Shown here in pieces: positions 27,518-32,000 of a stretch of 32,000 nt of DNA. Under the pieces are notes generated by a model, which made no database searches, was not told where the DNA came from, and worked only from the letters and a program-made list of their open reading frames with translations. The position numbers were made by a program, and so were the translations under genes. Origin of the DNA: Telmatocola sphagniphila (GTDB lineage Bacteria; Planctomycetota; Planctomycetia; Gemmatales; Gemmataceae); assembly GCF_018398935.1 (NCBI RefSeq), contig NZ_CP074694.1, positions 4,380,001 through 4,412,000 of the forward strand, in the 5' to 3' direction. Each line of letters starts with the position of its first letter. Position 1 is the first letter of the stretch.

Positions 27518-28678
27518 GTGCATGCTCAAACCGCATCGAATGTCTCCGAACGCTTGAAGGAGGATCCTTTTCGTGACCAGCTAAAGCAGTTCGAAAAGTG
27601 TCGATTTGATGCGAAGAAAAGCGAAGCGTTTTTCAAGGAGATTGGTCCGAAAGAAATTCAAGTTTGGGAAAAAGCGGTCGAGAATGGTTATCCCATAGCC
27701 CAATACTTTTACGCGCAATGTCTCCATAACGGATATGGTGTTGCGAAGGATCAGGATGCCGCCATGAATTGGTTTCGAAAGTCGGCAGAAGGCGGGCTAC
27801 CCATTGCCATGTCTTGTATCGGTGCTCATTTCGAATTCGATTCAAAAGAAAAGAATTTGATTCAAGCCATCAAGTGGTATCAGAAAGCGGCGGCGCTGGA
27901 CGATAGTGACGGGATGTATCTTCTGGGTAGAAATTCTCTGTCGGACAAAAGGAACAAGGATGATCTGGATCTGGCTTTGAGCTGGCTGAAAAAGTCAGCC
28001 GATTTTGGGAATCCGGCGGCGATGTACCAGCTGGGAGTTTACAGCGAATCCTTGAATAATATTGAAGGATTTAAGGTCGCTGCGGAATGGTATCGCAAAG
28101 CAAGCGAACAGAATGTCGCCGTGGCGATGAATCGACTTTCACAACTATATATGGTTGGTCGCGGTTTTGTTGCGGACGAGAAAAAAGCATTTCAGTGGAT
28201 GCTGAAAGCAGCTGAGGCGGGCGATCCGGATTCCATGCTCGAAGTCGCTAAATTCCTCAAATTGGGGTATGGTGTCGAAAAAAATCTTCGCGAGAGCCAG
28301 AAGTGGATTCTTTCGGCAACTAAGAAATTTGAAGAAGGCGCGAAGCGAAAAGAGATTTACTCGGTGCGAAAGTTGGCTTCAATGTATTGGCAGGGATTGG
28401 GAGTTACTAAAAATAAGTCCGAGGCTGTTAACTTGCTTCGAGCAGCTGCGAAATTGGGGGATCAGCGATCCAAAGATTTGCTGCTGGAAATGGTTTTAAA
28501 CGAAGAGCTTGTCTCTCGAGATGGGATATTGATATCCTCGAAAACATCCGGGGATCTATCGCAAATTCGGGTCATCGATTCTCCCCTTTTGAACGGTTTA
28601 GAAATCAGACAAAAACTGCCGCCTGCATTCGAGCTCCGCTGCGATTACTTGGCGGAGGAATCTCCTCCGTCGAAATGA
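27518..28678 (+). CDS. Sel1-like repeat (SLR/TPR-family) protein
   Basis: 386 aa from GTG 27518 with about 7 SLR units (AQYFYAQCLHNGYGVAKDQDAAMNWFRKSAEGG, AIKWYQKAAALDD, ALSWLKKSADFGNPAAMYQLG, AAEWYRKASEQN, AFQWMLKAAEAGDPDSM and others). The true N-terminus is probably upstream (see the T10 tract). Confidence 0.85.
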   Translation: MHAQTASNVSERLKEDPFRDQLKQFEKCRFDAKKSEAFFKEIGPKEIQVWEKAVENGYPIAQYFYAQCLHNGYGVAKDQDAAMNWFRKSAEGGLPIAMSCIGAHFEFDSKEKNLIQAIKWYQKAAALDDSDGMYLLGRNSLSDKRNKDDLDLALSWLKKSADFGNPAAMYQLGVYSESLNNIEGFKVAAEWYRKASEQNVAVAMNRLSQLYMVGRGFVADEKKAFQWMLKAAEAGDPDSMLEVAKFLKLGYGVEKNLRESQKWILSATKKFEEGAKRKEIYSVRKLASMYWQGLGVTKNKSEAVNLLRAAAKLGDQRSKDLLLEMVLNEELVSRDGILISSKTSGDLSQIRVIDSPLLNGLEIRQKLPPAFELRCDYLAEESPPSK

Positions 28679-28755
28679 TTTTTACTGGTTATGGAATGCA
28701 TTGTCGCCGAGGCTTTTGATCGATCAGTCCAAAGGTCCTCGAGTCGTCCCTTTCG

Positions 28756-28802
28756 CGGTGGGGTGGTACTGCTTGTTCCTATGAATTGGCAAAAGTTGTT
28801 GA
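28756..28802 (+). repeat. direct repeat flanking the membrane-protein/Sel1 cassette (right copy)
   Basis: cggtggggtggtactgcttgttcctatgaattggcaaaagttgttg. It shares cggtggg and ggcaaaagttg with 26693..26726. Confidence 0.6.
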
Positions 28803-28824
28803 CTAATAATGTATTGGGAGGCAC

Positions 28825-28970
28825 GGTTTATTTGTCAGCGTACGAAAACTTAATCCTCTGAAAAGGCTAAGATCCTCATCCTGTGACTCTTATAAGTTAG
28901 CGTTTTTTCTGGAATACGCACTGACGGATAGCCACCCAAGACAAATCGTGATAAAGGGTTAAAATCAAAG
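28825..28970 (+). repeat. ~150-nt intergenic repeat, copy C3
   Basis: ggtttatttgtcagcgtacgaaaa..., then tctggaatacgcactg, cggatagcc (28925) and gataaagggttaaaatc. Confidence 0.75.
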
Positions 28971-29311
28971 TGATGACCTGGTCAGTACCAGCCTGCCGAG
29001 CCCTGCAAATCACTGTCAGTACTTTTTTATTTATTTTTTTATTTTAACATTAATTTCTATTTACTTTTTATTAAGTAAGATGTAGATTAGTTTAAGAAAG
29101 CATTACGAAATGACTTTTGTGTCACCTGGGTTTTAGTAATACTCCTCCTCATCCGTCGAAATCCGTTCTTGATTCTTCGAGTAGAGTTTCTTTCAAGTAG
29201 GAGAGTAGTCTATCTGGTTTGAATTTTACTTCTGTTAAAATTTCAACGGCTTCATCCTATAGTTCTTGCAGATCTTTCAGAAGGAGATTGGCGCAGTGCC
29301 TGTATTTAAGG

Positions 29312-29345
29312 TGGCTCCGGTGTTGTTCGACGACGGGGAGACACC
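29312..29345 (+). repeat. vestigial third copy of the sppA 3' end plus terminator arm
   Basis: tggctccggtg is identical to sppA 21219-21229. acgggg...ggctatttt then parallels acggggtggctatttg at the C1 junction. About 45 nt are missing relative to copy 1. Confidence 0.5.
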
Positions 29346-29496
29346 GGCTATTTTCCAGTGTCAAAAAGATTGGAATTCTGGAATTGCATTGACCCTCATC
29401 CAATGACTCTGATGATCTAGGAATTCGAAAAGATGCATTAGCAGATAGCTAATGCCATCCAAAAGAAATCAGGATAAAGGGTTAGGATTAAAATCT
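29346..29496 (+). repeat. ~150-nt intergenic repeat, copy C4
   Basis: ggctattttccagtg..., then tccaatgactctg, cagatagct (29442) and gataaagggttaggattaaaatc. Confidence 0.75.
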
Positions 29497-29788
29497 GACA
29501 GCCATCCCAACGCGAGCTTAGTGTTGGGAGATTCAGCGATCTACGCTGCGAGAATTAAGCTTAAGTATCTCAGCTACCTCTCTTTTTGGTGTTGCCTTCA
29601 CAAGATCAGTTGAACGCCGAGACTAGGTCGATTTATCGGCTCTTGGTGGCTAGTAATTTTCTATAACAGTGAGGTAGCGGTTTGTGTTGATACGATCATG
29701 GTAGGGCCGAGATCGCACTCTGAGCAAATAGATTGAAAAGTATTCAGGTAATTGAAATTCCTTAGGGGGATAATGCATATATTGCACC

Positions 29789-29815
29789 GGCTATCTCAGA
29801 GCGAGGAAGAGTAAT
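29789..29815 (+). repeat. truncated 5' fragment of the repeat unit
   Basis: ggctatctcagagcgaggaagag compares with agctatttgccagagtacgaaaa (C2). It lies about 50 nt upstream of the 29837 start codon. Confidence 0.4.
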
Positions 29816-29836
29816 CACCAGTGGTTTGAGGTTAAT

Positions 29837-30763
29837 ATGACAGAGATTCAGGCAACAACCTTTAGTAGGCTCTCACGATTAGTATTAACTGGTATCATGA
29901 TTTTGATCGCCGTACTTATTTTACTATTTGTTGGTGTTTTTTCTGCCGAATCCAAACAAATAGATTTAACATCTATCAATAAATCGGACTATAATAATAA
30001 TGAATATCCTAATTTTTTTACCAAAGAACTCCCACCTGTAATCATAGATGATGATGATGCCGAACTAATTTCGACAACGTTCACAGTAAAAAATGATAGA
30101 GAACGGGCGATCACTTTTTCTCCTGTGAGGATGTCTTGTTCATGTCAGGATGCTGAACTCAGTAAGCAAACTTTACAACCGGGCGAATCGACGATACTGC
30201 GCATGGGACTGAGACCCGCGACCCGATCAGGTGCTCAAAAGATCACCTGTGCTATCGATGAAATAGGTGGCGATACAAAAACGTTCGAACTTCGGACTAC
30301 GATCTATCGAAAAGCCCAATTTTCAGAACCGGTGATTCATTTCGGAATGGTTGATCCTTTATCAGTATACGAGAAGTCGTTCGCGATCACATTTGCAGCG
30401 ACTACCGAAACACAACTACCGAAGAATATCGTTTTCTCATCTCAAGGTACCGTAATATCGAAAATAAATGAGGTCATAGAGCCAATGAAGGATGGCTGTT
30501 GGGTCAAGCGGATATCCGCCACTAGCAAACTGATAGCACCGACGGAACTCGGATCAGGCGGATCGAATTTGACGGCTACATACTCAATCGGTACAGAATC
30601 GCCGCAAATGCAATCTATCCAAGTCGATTGGTTTGTCCGATCGCCGTTTTCTGTCAGTCCATCTCGAGTAGGGATACTGCCTGCCGAAGTTAAAGACGCA
30701 AAGCAAAGCAAATCAGACGCAACCTTCAAATTCGGTCTTCAACAAATAAACCCTTCAAAATAA
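29837..30763 (+). CDS. membrane-anchored DUF1573-like protein, N-terminal 308 aa of a frame-split gene
   Basis: N-terminal TM anchor LVLTGIMILIAVLILLFVGVF. FTVKNDRERAITFSPVRMSCSCQDAELSKQTLQPGESTILRMGL resembles the DUF1573 beta-sandwich motif. The region is low-GC. Confidence 0.7.
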   Translation: MTEIQATTFSRLSRLVLTGIMILIAVLILLFVGVFSAESKQIDLTSINKSDYNNNEYPNFFTKELPPVIIDDDDAELISTTFTVKNDRERAITFSPVRMSCSCQDAELSKQTLQPGESTILRMGLRPATRSGAQKITCAIDEIGGDTKTFELRTTIYRKAQFSEPVIHFGMVDPLSVYEKSFAITFAATTETQLPKNIVFSSQGTVISKINEVIEPMKDGCWVKRISATSKLIAPTELGSGGSNLTATYSIGTESPQMQSIQVDWFVRSPFSVSPSRVGILPAEVKDAKQSKSDATFKFGLQQINPSK

Positions 30764-30951
30764 CTAAAATTATCAGCCCACATTCATCAATTCAGGCAAA
30801 AGTAATCAACAAAGATGAAACTCTTGCAATGATCGAAGTAACTATATTGACGAACACTTTAGCTGATTTTCAATATGGCGACCTGATAATTGAAACCGAC
30901 AATCCAAAAGCACTTACAGTTACGATACCCGTAGCCATAATGCCTAGTTAA
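30694..30951 (+). pseudogene. C-terminal continuation of the DUF1573-like gene in the -1 frame
   Basis: The frame is open from 30694 to TAA 30949-51 and encodes ..NKPFKITKIISPHSSIQAKVINKDETLAMIEVTILTNTLADFQYGDLIIETDNPKALTVTIPVAIMPS. It has no suitable start of its own and overlaps the end of the upstream frame. Confidence 0.6.
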
Positions 30952-30985
30952 TAAAAAACCTTTTTACTCATCAAGGGGACATCAG

Positions 30986-31450
30986 ATGGCAAACGCAAGA
31001 ACTACGGTGACAGCATGGAGCGTGATCGCAACGGGAGTTTTGCTCATTGCAGCCTCCGCGTCAAACGCAACCGATTGGCCCACCTTGGGAACTGCGACAA
31101 CTTTTGTTAGGAATAGATGTATCCAACAAGACCCATACTCTAACGGCGGTAGTTGCACGCATTATAATTATTGCATTGCTAGAAATAACACAGATCCAAA
31201 CTTAACTGGGGTGTGCCCAGGATTTCCGAATATGAAACGAACTGATTTTCGTTCATATGGCTATTGCGTTTTGGATGGACTTGAAAATGGAGGTAGCAGC
31301 TGCGATCAATATACTAATCCTGTTTGCGCTCGAATTACCTTTTATGAGAATGCAGGTTGTACTAGTATGTCAACCTGTAATATGTGGGTGATCATCAATG
31401 GCAACGCCTGCCTCGCGCCTGTCGCTGTTGCCCCTCCGCCTGCTGATTGA
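30986..31450 (+). CDS. secreted cysteine-rich hypothetical protein (10 Cys)
   Basis: 154 aa with signal-like AWSVIATGVLLIAASASNA, ten Cys spread over the mature part, and a Pro-rich C-terminus. AAGGGGA lies upstream of the ATG. Confidence 0.65.
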   Translation: MANARTTVTAWSVIATGVLLIAASASNATDWPTLGTATTFVRNRCIQQDPYSNGGSCTHYNYCIARNNTDPNLTGVCPGFPNMKRTDFRSYGYCVLDGLENGGSSCDQYTNPVCARITFYENAGCTSMSTCNMWVIINGNACLAPVAVAPPPAD

Positions 31451-31506
31451 TAAAGTTAATTAATTTCTAGGGCAGTAATATTTGCAACTTCAAGCATGGA
31501 TACTCT

Positions 31507-32000
31507 ATGAAATACAATTGGCCCTTTCGCGACTGCGGTACCGTTGTCGCAATCTGCATTTTACTTGTCTTGTGCCCGAATATTTGCCATGCACTTTCTG
31601 ATGATGAGCAAATCACTCGGTCGGCAATAATAGGATATTCATCTAATATTGAGTCGTTTTCGTTTTACACAGTTAAATTCCAATTCACATCTGCAAAATC
31701 TTCAACTCATGAAGATGCTATACAAGGAAAGTGGGAAGGCGCAAAGTCATATATTGGCGTTCATACTGTGGATGGTGAATTCGAATCTTACGAACACGAT
31801 GGAAAACCTCCACCTAAAATATCGGCCCCTTCAAATGGCAAAGCAAAAGGTGGTGTGTTTTTCCAACAAATAAATGACTTTATGGAAGAAAAGTATATTC
31901 GATCTCCATCGGGCACAGCAAAGTATACTCGGGGTATTGATGCTATTAACTTGCGGCGGTTAGATACTGATGACCCATTTGACTTTGCGACGCCACTATC
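31507..32000 (+). CDS. secreted hypothetical protein, N-terminal part (runs off the window; absent from the ORF track)
   Basis: I read this frame codon by codon from ATG 31507 to the window edge and found no stop. It encodes MKYNWPFRDCGTVVAICILLVLCPNICHALSDDEQ..., a signal-like N-terminus. Confidence 0.6.
   Translation, partial: MKYNWPFRDCGTVVAICILLVLCPNICHALSDDEQITRSAIIGYSSNIESFSFYTVKFQFTSAKSSTHEDAIQGKWEGAKSYIGVHTVDGEFESYEHDGKPPPKISAPSNGKAKGGVFFQQINDFMEEKYIRSPSGTAKYTRGIDAINLRRLDTDDPFDFATPL

Noticed and set aside
21298-29496. Interpretation of the ~150-nt repeats as integron attC sites or as a CRISPR array
   Set aside because: I could find no RYYYAAC/GTTRRRY core pair at the unit ends and no intI in the window. 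The units are far longer than CRISPR repeats and are separated by kilobases of genes. An integron-like mechanism cannot be excluded, but the canonical signals do not support it.
31649-31873. 74-aa ORF from the track
   Set aside because: It overlaps, in a different frame, a longer frame that is open from ATG 31507 to the window edge and has a signal-peptide-like N-terminus. The short ORF is probably spurious.

Overview
The window has two parts. Positions 1-21250 look like ordinary chromosomal core of a moderately GC-rich bacterium. DUF11- and DUF1573-like secreted proteins, a membrane-anchored Ser/Thr kinase and weak Shine-Dalgarno signals suggest Planctomycetota, but this is not proven. This part carries an ABC-2 exporter pair, a GGCT-like enzyme, recD2 with a translationally coupled small ORF, secG, yicC-gmk-rpoZ, an RluA-family pseudouridine synthase, YjbQ, NIF3, a DUF11 surface protein and sppA. 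From the sppA stop (21247) to the window end the sequence is visibly more AT-rich and mosaic. It holds a two-gene Gabija defence system (OLD-family ATPase/TOPRIM nuclease plus UvrD-like helicase) and an intact IS630-family element with a TA duplication in a CTAG target. It also holds a small membrane protein plus Sel1-repeat protein pair, an apparently empty AT-rich spacer, and a low-GC block of secreted or anchored proteins, one split by a frameshift. The most interesting signal is non-coding: the cargo blocks are separated by a directly repeated scaffold. The scaffold consists of (i) copies of the last 22 codons of sppA that differ almost only at synonymous positions, (ii) terminator-like hairpins, and (iii) four full copies plus fragments of a ~150-nt element. 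This looks like serial cassette accretion at the sppA 3' end by an unidentified recombination mechanism; no integrase lies in the window. I saw no rRNA, tRNA or CRISPR array. All family calls come from motif recognition by eye, not from searches.
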